Shown here piece by piece: positions 1 through 9,408 of a stretch of 64,000 nt of DNA; position 1 is the first letter of the stretch; the number at the start of each line of letters is the position of its first letter. A model generated the notes under the pieces. It did no database searches. It was given only the letters and a program-made list of their open reading frames with translations, and was not told where the DNA came from. The stretch covers positions 8,231 to 72,230 of the forward strand of contig CAIJZY010000048.1 of NCBI GenBank assembly GCA_903825285.1, given 5' to 3'. This DNA comes from an uncultured Opitutia bacterium. GTDB lineage: Bacteria > Verrucomicrobiota > Verrucomicrobiia > Opitutales > Opitutaceae. Position numbers and translations under genes: made by a program.

Positions 1-620
1 GCCGCTCGCGCTACGTGGAGCAGGGCGGCTTCAACGTGCCGCAGGACTTCGTCGAGGCCCCGTCGCAGATGCTGGAGAACTGGGTCTGGGACAAGGCCGT
101 GCTGGACACCTTCGCCGCGGACTACCGCGACCCGTCCAAGAAGATCCCCGCCGAGGCCATCGCCTCGCTCGTGGCCGCCCGCCAGGCCACCGAGGGCTAT
201 GGCGAGCGCCGCCAGCTCTCCATCGGCCTGCTGGACCTCACGCTCCACGGCCTCTCGCCCGACGAGGCGCGGAAGACCGACGTGGTGCAGCTCACGAATG
301 ACATCACCGGCCGCGTGGCCTTCCCGCCGCCGGCGGGCACCTTTTGGGCCGCCTACATCGGGCACCTCGCGGGCTACGACGCCGGCTACTACGGCTACCT
401 CTGGGCCAAGGTCATGGCGATCGACATGGCCAGCGTGTTCAAGGCGTCCCCGGGCGGCTTCCTCGACGCGAAGGTCGGCCGCCGCCTGCGCGACGAGGTC
501 TACGGCGTCGGCAACACCCGCGACGTCGGCGAGTCCGTCGAGGTCTTCCTCGGCCGGCCGCGCTCCATGCAGCCGTTCCTCGAGTACGTCGGCATCAAGT
601 CCGACGCCGCGAAGAAATAA
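1..620 (+). CDS. M3-family zinc metallopeptidase (oligopeptidase A / Dcp / thimet-like), C-terminal fragment; 5' end lies outside the window
   Basis: The ORF is open to the left window edge (same frame as track ORF 15..620). Translated segments VEAPSQMLENWVWD and GYDAGYYGYLWAKVMAIDM match the conserved C-terminal half of M3 peptidases as I recall them. The HExxH part would be upstream of the window. Confidence 0.8.
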   Translation, partial: RSRYVEQGGFNVPQDFVEAPSQMLENWVWDKAVLDTFAADYRDPSKKIPAEAIASLVAARQATEGYGERRQLSIGLLDLTLHGLSPDEARKTDVVQLTNDITGRVAFPPPAGTFWAAYIGHLAGYDAGYYGYLWAKVMAIDMASVFKASPGGFLDAKVGRRLRDEVYGVGNTRDVGESVEVFLGRPRSMQPFLEYVGIKSDAAKK

Positions 621-635
621 ACCGCCGCCGCTTGC

Positions 636-654
636 GGGCGGGTCGTTCCCGCCC
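636..654 (+). terminator. Hairpin GGGCGGG-TCGTT-CCCGCCC just after the peptidase stop codon
   Basis: Perfect 7-bp GC stem with a 5-nt loop, 16 nt after the TAA at 618-620. No T-run follows, so terminator function is uncertain. Confidence 0.35.
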
Positions 655-672
655 AAACTTACCGCTCAGCGT

Positions 673-707
673 CCAGGAAAACGGTTTCCTGGGCGTTGAG
701 TTTTTTT
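673..707 (+). terminator. Hairpin CCAGGAAA-ACGG-TTTCCTGG followed (after 8 nt) by a run of 7 T
   Basis: 8-bp stem at 673-680/685-692 and T7 at 701-707. The spacing between stem and T-run is longer than in a textbook intrinsic terminator. Confidence 0.4.
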
Positions 708-756
708 GGGCCTGGTATCTTCGCTGTCGAACAGTGAACTACCTCTGAAGAATACC

Positions 757-843
757 GATGTGGGACTCAGGAAATCAGGGAGGACGGATCCGGCTGGGCT
801 TTGGTGTCCTGAATCCAACCCCTGATTTCCTGAGTCCCACATC
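757..843. repeat. Perfect 24-bp inverted repeat with a 39-nt loop
   Basis: GATGTGGGACTCAGGAAATCAGGG (757-780) is the exact reverse complement of 820-843. The loop holds a sub-stem AGGAC (781-785) / GTCCT (806-810). Confidence 0.9.
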
Positions 844-896
844 CGAATAGAATTGGTTTTGAGAACCCCCATCACGTCATCCCTACCACATCACCC

Positions 897-1490
897 ATGA
901 CCACCACCGATCCCCGGGTGGGCGCCTACATCGCGAAGTCCGCCCCCTTTGCCCGTCCGATTCTCCGTCACCTGCGCACGCTCATCCACCGGGGCTGCCC
1001 GGAGGCCCGCGAGGAGATCAAGTGGGGCATGCCCACGTTCATGCACCACGGCATCCTGTGCGGACTCGGGGGATTCAAGGCCCACGTGGCCTTCTGGTTC
1101 CGGCGTCAGGCGATGGCGCAGATGCTCGGCCCGGACGGCGCCCGGGCGGGGGAGGCCATGGGCCAGCTGGGTCGGATCACGAGCCTGGACGACCTGCCCG
1201 GCGACCGGGCGATGCTCGGCTACATCCGCCAGGCGGCGAAGCTCAACGCCGCGGGCGGCCCGGCGCGCCCGAAGCCGAAGCCCCGTCCGCCGCTCCGGGT
1301 GCCGCGCGAACTCGCCGCGGCCATGAAGCGAAACAAGCGCGCCGCGGCGGCGTTCGCGGACCGGACTCCCAGCTGCCGCCGGGAGCACATCGCGTGGATC
1401 ATCGACGCCAAGCGGCCCGAGACCCGGGCCCGGCGCGTGGCCAAGGTGCTGGACTGGCTGCGGAAAAATCCAAAGACGCGGATGCGCTGA
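897..1490 (+). CDS. YdeI/OmpD-associated family protein with N-terminal DUF1801-like domain
   Basis: ATG at 897. The N-terminal part (AKSAPFARPILRHLRTLIH...IKWGMPTFMHHG) resembles DUF1801/YdhG. The C-terminal part (RREHIAWIIDAKRPETRARRVAKVLDWL) resembles YdeI/OmdA. Confidence 0.7.
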   Translation: MTTTDPRVGAYIAKSAPFARPILRHLRTLIHRGCPEAREEIKWGMPTFMHHGILCGLGGFKAHVAFWFRRQAMAQMLGPDGARAGEAMGQLGRITSLDDLPGDRAMLGYIRQAAKLNAAGGPARPKPKPRPPLRVPRELAAAMKRNKRAAAAFADRTPSCRREHIAWIIDAKRPETRARRVAKVLDWLRKNPKTRMR

Positions 1491-1538
1491 GGGGCCAGGA
1501 TTCTCGAGCGGAATATCAGGCGCCAACGCCGAAGCGGA

Positions 1539-2495
1539 TCAAAGCGACAAGATCCGCGCCCACACGGCTTCGACCGAGTGGCGCGAGCGGATCTTCCAGG
1601 CGACCCGGTGCGGTCCCGTGGGATCAGCCTTAAACCGCGTGTGGCTGAAGGTCGCGGCGGCGAACGACAGGGTGACGCGGCCGCGGCGCCAGACGAACCA
1701 CTCGGGGTGCAGCAGCGTGGCCACGGCCATCGGGTCGAAGAGGTGCGGGTTTTCCACGCGGCCGCGGCGCCGCCAGGATTCCTGCCAGAGCCGGACGGCG
1801 CGGGCCAGCAGCCGGCCGGTGGGGCGGCGCGCCGCGAACAGCCGGCGCAGCTGGGCGTCGCTGACCGTGCAGGCCATGCCCACGCTCCAGGGCAGGAAAT
1901 CAATCGGGATCCCGCTCTCGAGCACGCACGCGGCGGCGAGCGGGTCGCAGACGATGTTCCACTCCGGCATGGGCCGCGCGAATTCGCCGGCCATCAGGAC
2001 GAGCCGCGGGATCGCGGCGCGGACGTCCGGGGCGCGCCGCAGCAGCGTGGCGAGATTGGTCAGCGGACCGATGCCGATCGGCACGATCTCGACCGGCCGG
2101 GCGCGGAGTGCGGCCGCGAGCAGGTCCACGCCGTGCTGGCGCGGGGCGGGCGGGAGCGCGGCGGCGGGACGCGCGCAGGGCCGCTGCACGAGCCAGCGGC
2201 GGGGCGTCGGGCCGTTGGGCCAGTAGTCCGGCGTGACCGCCCCGGGCCACGCATGACCGCAGCCGGCGCCGACGGGCACGCGGGCGAGTTTGCCGCCGAC
2301 CGAGGCCAGGACCGTGCGCGCGAGCCGGGCGCGCGCGGCCGTGTCGCCCAGCACGGTGCTCACCCCGGTGAGTTCCAGTTCCGGGCTCGCGCAGATCAGG
2401 CTCAACGCGAGGATGTCGTCCGTGTCGTCCCCGACATCGGTGTCGAGCCAGACAGGCAGCGGGGGCCGCGAGGGAGGTTTTAGCGTTGAGGCCAT
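1539..2495 (-). CDS. Inosine-uridine preferring nucleoside hydrolase family protein
   Basis: N-terminal signature WLDTDVGDDTDDILAL (the DxDxxxDD motif of IUNH enzymes). The track ORF 1539..2600 is trimmed to the ATG at 2495 (MASTLKPP...), because the upstream extension runs through repeat sequence. Confidence 0.8.
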   Translation of the reverse strand: MASTLKPPSRPPLPVWLDTDVGDDTDDILALSLICASPELELTGVSTVLGDTAARARLARTVLASVGGKLARVPVGAGCGHAWPGAVTPDYWPNGPTPRRWLVQRPCARPAAALPPAPRQHGVDLLAAALRARPVEIVPIGIGPLTNLATLLRRAPDVRAAIPRLVLMAGEFARPMPEWNIVCDPLAAACVLESGIPIDFLPWSVGMACTVSDAQLRRLFAARRPTGRLLARAVRLWQESWRRRGRVENPHLFDPMAVATLLHPEWFVWRRGRVTLSFAAATFSHTRFKADPTGPHRVAWKIRSRHSVEAVWARILSL

Positions 2496-2509
2496 GAGGG
2501 CGCGGCCCC

Positions 2510-2616
2510 GTTGAAAGAGGCGGTCAGTTGAAAGTGAAAGTTGAAGGACGCGGCCTATGACCAAACCCTGTGCGACGTGGCCGCCGCATTCAACTTTCAA
2601 CCCTCAACTTTCAACC
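2510..2616. repeat. GTTGAAA-word heptad repeat arranged as an imperfect inverted repeat (locus 1 of 5)
   Basis: The left part 2510-2547 is GTTGAAAGAGGCGGTCAGTTGAAAGTGAAAGTTGAAGG. The right part 2589-2616 is TTCAACTTTCAACCCTCAACTTTCAACC, which is the complementary word. Confidence 0.85.
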
Positions 2617-2639
2617 GCGTCTAGGCGGCCGGTGGCCGC

Positions 2640-2647
<8 letters not shown>
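2617..2647 (-). terminator. 14-bp perfect palindrome overlapping the htpG stop codon
   Basis: GCGTCTAGGCGGCC-GGT-GGCCGCCTAGACGC. The htpG TAG (2640-2642) lies inside the stem. No U-run follows on the minus strand. Confidence 0.45.
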
Positions 2648-4511
<1,864 letters not shown>

Positions 4512-4525
4512 GGGTGAGTATATGG

Positions 4526-4546
4526 CTGAAAGGTGAAAGTTGAAAG
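4526..4546. repeat. GTTGAAA-word heptad repeat (locus 2), in the htpG leader
   Basis: CTGAAAGGTGAAAGTTGAAAG on the plus strand reads CTTTCAACTTTCACCTTTCAG in the htpG mRNA sense. It ends 14 nt upstream of the htpG ATG. Confidence 0.85.
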
Positions 4547-4610
4547 CCCCGGAAGCGGGAGCCGGTTAGTTTAGCGGCCTGTGAAAAATTGCAAGAGGGC
4601 GTGTGGGGGA

Positions 4611-4681
4611 CCACGAAGGGCACGAAGCCATACCCTCGTGGGCTTCGCGAAGGCCGGGCCCGGGCTTCGAGCGCTTCGTGG
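4611..4681. repeat. CACGAAG-word imperfect inverted repeat between livF and htpG
   Basis: CCACGAAGGGCACGAAGCC (4611-4629) faces GGCTTCGAGCGCTTCGTGG (4663-4681). An extra GGCTTCGCGAAGG copy lies in between. Confidence 0.75.
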
Positions 4682-4692
4682 TAAAAAACCAC

Positions 4693-5400
4693 TCACCCGC
4701 CGAGGTAGGTGGCCTTGAGCTGGGGGTCGGCGCGGAGGACCTTGCTCTCGCCCTCCATCACGATCCGGCCGGTCTCGAGGACGTAGGCGCGGCGGCTGAC
4801 CTCAAGCGCGAGGTTGGCGTTCTGCTCCACGAGCAGGATGGTGATGCCGTGGTCGCGGTTGATCTCCACGATCTTCTCGAAAATCGTCGTGATCAGCCGC
4901 GGCGCGATGCCGAGCGAGGGCTCGTCAAGCATCAGGAACTTCGGGCTGCCCATCAGCGCCCGCCCGATCGCGAGCATCTGCTGCTCGCCGCCCGACAGGG
5001 TCCCGGCCATCTGCTTCAGCCGCTCCTGCAGCCGCGGGAACACGCTGAACACATACTCGCGGTTCCGCGCCACCGCGGCCGCGTCGGACAGCAGGTACGC
5101 ACCCATCGCGAGGTTCTCGTCGACGGTGAGGTTGGCGAAGATCATGCGGCCCTCCGGCACGTGGCAGAGCCCGCGGGCGACGATCTGGTGGGCCGGCACG
5201 CGCGCGAGGTCCTCGCCGAGGAACTCGATGCGACCGGCCTTCGGCCGCAGGAGTCCCGAGATGGTCCGCAGCGTCGTGGTCTTCCCCGCGCCGTTGCCAC
5301 CGATCAGGGTCACGATCTCCCCCGCCGCGATGGTGATCGAGATCCCGCCGAGCGCCGAGATGGCGCCGTAGCTGACGGAGAGATCGGTGACCTTGAGCAT
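4693..5400 (-). CDS. livF: Branched-chain amino acid ABC transporter, ATP-binding protein LivF
   Basis: 235 aa with Walker A GGNGAGKTT and ABC signature LSGGEQQM. It is the last gene of a liv-type operon. Confidence 0.9.
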   Translation of the reverse strand: MLKVTDLSVSYGAISALGGISITIAAGEIVTLIGGNGAGKTTTLRTISGLLRPKAGRIEFLGEDLARVPAHQIVARGLCHVPEGRMIFANLTVDENLAMGAYLLSDAAAVARNREYVFSVFPRLQERLKQMAGTLSGGEQQMLAIGRALMGSPKFLMLDEPSLGIAPRLITTIFEKIVEINRDHGITILLVEQNANLALEVSRRAYVLETGRIVMEGESKVLRADPQLKATYLGG

Positions 5401-5406
5401 GGCGGT

Positions 5407-6201
5407 TCAGTGGTGCGACAGGCTCGTGGTGTGGTCCTCGCCCAGGTAGGCCTCAATGACCTTGGGGTCGCGCTGGATGTCGGCGGGGCTGCCCTCGGCG
5501 ATCTTCACGCCGTAGTCGAGGACGGCGATGCGCTGGCAGACGCCCATGACGACCTTCATCGAGTGCTCGACGAGGAGGATGGAGAGGTCGAACTGCCGCT
5601 GGATCTGCTGGATCAGCCGGATCAGCTCGACCTTCTCGGTCGGGTTCATGCCCGCGGCCGGCTCGTCGAGGAGCAGCAGCCGGGGCCGGGTGGCGAGGCA
5701 GCGGACGATCTCCAGCCGGCGCTGCTCGCCGTAGGGGAGGCTCTTGGCGGGGGCGTCACGGAAGCGGCGGAGGTTGAACAGCTCGAGCAGCTCCTCCACG
5801 CGGCGCGCGATGGCGGCCTCGTCGGCGCGGAAGGCCCCGAGCCGGAGCAGCGGCTGCAGCGGTCCCGTGGCGCGGTGGAGGTTGCAGGCGACGCGGACGT
5901 TGTCGAAGACCGAGAGGCTGCCGAAGAGGCGGATGTTCTGGAAGGTGCGGGCGATGCCGCGCGCGACGATCGCGTGGCCCGGCAGGCCGGCGAGGCTGCG
6001 GCCGTCGAAGCGCACGTCGCCCTCCGTCGGCCGGTAGACGCCCGTGATCAGGTTGAAGACGGTGGTCTTGCCCGCGCCGTTGGGCCCGATCAGGCCGCAG
6101 AGCTCGCCGGCCTGGACGGTGAAGTCGAGGCCGTTGACCGCGGTGAGCCCGCCGAAGCGGATCGTGGCGGCGTCGAGCTGGAGGAGCGGGTCGGACATCA
6201 C
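5407..6201 (-). CDS. livG: Branched-chain amino acid ABC transporter, ATP-binding protein LivG
   Basis: 264 aa with Walker A GPNGAGKTT and the LivG-type C-terminal extension. It overlaps the livM stop by 4 nt. Confidence 0.9.
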   Translation of the reverse strand: MMSDPLLQLDAATIRFGGLTAVNGLDFTVQAGELCGLIGPNGAGKTTVFNLITGVYRPTEGDVRFDGRSLAGLPGHAIVARGIARTFQNIRLFGSLSVFDNVRVACNLHRATGPLQPLLRLGAFRADEAAIARRVEELLELFNLRRFRDAPAKSLPYGEQRRLEIVRCLATRPRLLLLDEPAAGMNPTEKVELIRLIQQIQRQFDLSILLVEHSMKVVMGVCQRIAVLDYGVKIAEGSPADIQRDPKVIEAYLGEDHTTSLSHH

Positions 6202-7139
6202 GGCGCGGCCCGGCCGAACCGGAAATTGAGGAGGCCCTGCGGCCGCGCCAGCATCAGCACGATCAGCAGGAAGGAATACAGCACCGTACGGTACTCGGCG
6301 ACGGGCCGGAGCACCTCGGGCAGCAGGGTGAGCAGGATGGCGGCGAGGATCACGCCGACGGTGTTGCCCATGCCGCCGAGGATGACCATGACGACGATCT
6401 CGATGGACTTGGTGAAGTCAAAGCCGGTGGGGGTGATGGTGAGCTTGAAGTGCCCGTAGAGGCCGCCGGCGATTCCGGCGAAGAACGCGCCGATCACGAA
6501 GGCCACGATCTTGTAGCGCGTGGTGTTCAGCCCGACCGCGGCGGCCGCGATCTCGTCGTCGTGCGTGGCGAGGAACCCGCGGCCGTAGGTCGAGTGCACC
6601 AGGCAGGTGATCACGAACACCGTGATGGCGACGAAGGCCAGGACCCAGAATATGGTGGTGTAGGGCGGGATGCCGTTGAGGCCGAGCGCGCCGCCGAGGA
6701 ACTCGACGTTCTGGAAGGTCACGCGGATGATCTCGCCGAAGCCGAGCGTGACCAGCGCGAGATAGTCGCCGCGGAGCCGCAGCGAGGGCACGCCGACGAG
6801 CAGGCCGGCGCCGGCCGCGGCGAGCCCGCCGGCGAGCAGCGCCGCGAGGAAGAGTGCGCCCTGCTGGAAGGCCGTGCCGCCGTCGTCGCCCAGCAGCCGC
6901 GGGCCGAGGAGCAGGGTGACGGCGGCGGAGAGATAGGCGCCGACGGACATGAAGCCTGCATGGCCGAGCGAGAACTGGCCCGTGTAGCCGTTCACGAGGT
7001 TGAGCGAGACGGCGAGGATGACGTTGATCCCGACGCCGGTGAGGACGTCGAGGTAGTACGGGTCGAAATGGTCGGCGTACTGCTGGAGGCCGTAGGCCGC
7101 GAGGAGCGCGGCGAGCAGGGCGAGGTGCGGTTTCGGCAT
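6198..7139 (-). CDS. livM: Branched-chain amino acid ABC transporter permease LivM
   Basis: 313 aa, multi-pass hydrophobic protein of the LivM type, positioned between livH and livG. Confidence 0.88.
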   Translation of the reverse strand: MPKPHLALLAALLAAYGLQQYADHFDPYYLDVLTGVGINVILAVSLNLVNGYTGQFSLGHAGFMSVGAYLSAAVTLLLGPRLLGDDGGTAFQQGALFLAALLAGGLAAAGAGLLVGVPSLRLRGDYLALVTLGFGEIIRVTFQNVEFLGGALGLNGIPPYTTIFWVLAFVAITVFVITCLVHSTYGRGFLATHDDEIAAAAVGLNTTRYKIVAFVIGAFFAGIAGGLYGHFKLTITPTGFDFTKSIEIVVMVILGGMGNTVGVILAAILLTLLPEVLRPVAEYRTVLYSFLLIVLMLARPQGLLNFRFGRAAP

Positions 7140-7145
7140 GGCGCG

Positions 7146-8036
7146 TCAGACCTTCTCGACGGTGAACCGGCCGAGCAGGCCGGCGGGGCGGAAGAGGAGG
7201 ATCACGATGAGGATGGCGAACGCGATGGCGTCCTTGTACGTGGACCACTGGCTGCCGCCCACGAACGTCTCCACGGTGCCGAGGATGAGCCCGCCGAGCG
7301 CGGCGCCGGGGATGTTGCCGATGCCGCCGAGGATGGCGGCGACGAACGCCTTGAGGCCGGGCATCACGCCCATCAGCGGGTCGATCGAGGGATAGTTCAG
7401 CGCGTAGAGGATGCCGCCGGCGGCGGCGAGGGCGGAGCCGAGGCCGAAGGTGAAGGCGATCACGACGTCGTTGTTCACGCCCATCAGCACCGCGGCCTTC
7501 GGGTTCAGCGCCACCGCGCGCATCGCGGTGCCGATCTTCGTGCGGTACACGACCAGCTGCAGCGCGATCATGAGGACGACGGCGACGGCGATGACGATCA
7601 GCTGGTTGCTGCCGAGGATGAGCCCGCCGACCGCGAAATTGCGCACCGGGAACAGCACGGGAAAATTCCGCGGGGCCGCGCCGAAGACGACCTGGCCGGT
7701 GGACTCCAGCAGGAGGGAGACGCCGATGGCGGTGATGAGGACATTGAGCGTGGGCGCGCCGCGCAGCGGGCGGTAGGCGAGCCGCTCAATCGTCATGCCG
7801 AGCACCGCGCAGCCGATCATCGCCCCCGCCAGCACCGCGAGCCCGCCCCACCACGTGCCCGCGGGCACGAGCTTGCCGAGGTAGTAGCCGAGGAACGCCC
7901 CGACCATGAACACGTCCGAGTGCGCGAAGTTGATGAACCGCAGCACGCCGTACACCATCGTGTACCCCAGCGCGATCAGCGCGTAGATCGCCCCGAGCGA
8001 GAGACCGTTGAGCAGCTGCTGGAGAAATTCGGACAC
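7146..8036 (-). CDS. livH: Branched-chain amino acid ABC transporter permease LivH
   Basis: 296 aa, GTG start at 8036. The N-terminus (FLQQLLNGLSLGAIYALIALGYTMVYG) is typical of LivH. Confidence 0.88.
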   Translation of the reverse strand: MSEFLQQLLNGLSLGAIYALIALGYTMVYGVLRFINFAHSDVFMVGAFLGYYLGKLVPAGTWWGGLAVLAGAMIGCAVLGMTIERLAYRPLRGAPTLNVLITAIGVSLLLESTGQVVFGAAPRNFPVLFPVRNFAVGGLILGSNQLIVIAVAVVLMIALQLVVYRTKIGTAMRAVALNPKAAVLMGVNNDVVIAFTFGLGSALAAAGGILYALNYPSIDPLMGVMPGLKAFVAAILGGIGNIPGAALGGLILGTVETFVGGSQWSTYKDAIAFAILIVILLFRPAGLLGRFTVEKV

Positions 8037-8044
8037 GGCGGGGA

Positions 8045-8073
8045 GTTGAAAGTTGAGGGTTGAAAGTTGAAAG
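8045..8073. repeat. GTTGAAA-word heptad repeat (locus 3), in the livH leader
   Basis: GTTGAAAGTTGAGGGTTGAAAGTTGAAAG is four 7-nt units. In mRNA sense it reads CTTTCAACTTTCAACCCTCAACTTTCAAC and ends 8 nt upstream of the livH GTG. Confidence 0.9.
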
Positions 8074-8083
8074 CCGGGGGAGA

Positions 8084-8215
8084 TCAGCGGATGAGCGCCG
8101 CGTGCAGCCCGGTCAGCATCCGGACGATCTCCAATGCGGATGCATAAAGTTGCTCGTACTCCTCCGCCCTGAGCAAGCCTTGGTTCCGCGCAATCGTGAC
8201 ATGAGCCGTGCGCGA
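8084..8215 (-). pseudogene. Remnant (C-terminal 43 codons) of a four-helix-bundle / 23S rRNA intervening-sequence-type protein gene
   Basis: My own translation of the minus strand is SRTAHVTIARNQGLLRAEEYEQLYASALEIVRMLTGLHAALIR*. It resembles the C-terminal helices of the four-helix-bundle family (TIGR02436-like). An in-frame TGA sits immediately upstream at 8216-8218 and there is no start codon. The segment is locally AT-richer than its flanks. Confidence 0.35.
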
Positions 8216-8256
8216 TCAGGCCGGTCTGAATCTATCGACCTGCGGCCGTGCGACCC

Positions 8257-9408
8257 TCAGGGAAGAACCGCGCTTACAAATTGCACGCGACCGTTCCGCA
8301 CCGTGACGATGATCGCGGGCTTGGAGGGGTTGCGCTGGGCGTCGATCGTCGTGCGGCCGGTGACACCGGGGAAATCCTTGGTCGCGGCGAGCGCGGCGCG
8401 GACGGCGGGGCCGTCGGTGGTGCCGGCGCGGCGCATGGCGTCGGCCAGCAGCATCATGGCATCGTAGCCCAGGGCCGCGACGGCGTCTGGCACCTCGCCG
8501 CCGCGCTGGGCCTGGAAGCGGTGGATGAAGCCCTGCACCTCGGGGGCGGGCGACTCGGCGGAGTAGTGCGTTGAATAGTAGGTGCCCTCGACGGCGGCCC
8601 CGCCCAGCTCCAGCAGCTGCGGGGCCTCCCAGCCGTCGCCGCCGATGATCGGGATGTCGAGGCCGAGGGCGCGGGCCTGCTGGCAGATCAGCGCGGCCTC
8701 GGTGTAGTAGCCGGTGGCGGCGATGACATCGGGATGGAGCGAGCGCAGCGCGGTCAGCTGCGCGCGGAAGTCCTTGTCGCCCTCGGTGTACTTCTGCTCG
8801 GCCACGATCGTGCCGCCCGCGGCGGTGAAGCGCTCGCGGAACACGTTGGACAACCCGACGCTGTAGGGCGCCGAGGCGGAGGTGAGCAGCGCGGCCCGGC
8901 GCGCGTGCAGCGTCGCGCCGGCGAACTTGGCGAGGACCGCGCCCTGGAACGGGTCGATGAAGCAGACCCGGAAGATGTACGAGCCCATGGCCGTGACCTT
9001 CGGGCTGGTCGACGAGATGGCGATCATCGGGACGTGCGCCGCCTGGCAGAAGGGCGCGGCCTCGAGCGAGTTGCTGGAGGCGTTGCCGCCGAGGATGGCG
9101 ACGACCTTGTCGCGGGCGATGAGCTTCTTTACCGCGGTGGCGGACTCGCCCGACTTGGAGGCGATGTCCTCGACCAGGAACTCGATCGGCCGGCCGAGCA
9201 CGCCGCCGGCGGCGTTGAGCTCGGCGACGGCGAGCTCGATGCCCTTGCGCCCGGCGACGCCGAAGGCCGCCTCCTTGCCCGTGAGCGACGCGAACTGCCC
9301 GATGCGGATGGGGGTGGCCGGGGCCGCGGCCAGGGCCAGTGCAGGCAGGAGCAGGGTGGCGACGCCGAGCAGCCGGCGTCCGCGGTTCAGCAGGGGGGCG
9401 GGGCTCAC
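8257..9408 (-). CDS. ABC transporter substrate-binding protein, LivK/LivJ (branched-chain amino acid) family, copy 1
   Basis: 383 aa with a signal-peptide-like N-terminus, then IRIGQFASLTGKEAAFG, typical of Leu/Ile/Val-binding proteins. The GTG start overlaps the stop of the upstream paralog (GTGA). Confidence 0.85.
   Translation of the reverse strand: MSPAPLLNRGRRLLGVATLLLPALALAAAPATPIRIGQFASLTGKEAAFGVAGRKGIELAVAELNAAGGVLGRPIEFLVEDIASKSGESATAVKKLIARDKVVAILGGNASSNSLEAAPFCQAAHVPMIAISSTSPKVTAMGSYIFRVCFIDPFQGAVLAKFAGATLHARRAALLTSASAPYSVGLSNVFRERFTAAGGTIVAEQKYTEGDKDFRAQLTALRSLHPDVIAATGYYTEAALICQQARALGLDIPIIGGDGWEAPQLLELGGAAVEGTYYSTHYSAESPAPEVQGFIHRFQAQRGGEVPDAVAALGYDAMMLLADAMRRAGTTDGPAVRAALAATKDFPGVTGRTTIDAQRNPSKPAIIVTVRNGRVQFVSAVLP

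Noticed and set aside
6450-8063. 537-aa plus-strand ORF and other 100-400 aa ORFs opposite the liv genes (for example 4603..6459, 8734..9615, 9339..10625)
   Set aside because: They are antisense to a complete, colinear livFGMH plus binding-protein operon. The translations are acidic/Arg-rich with no motifs.
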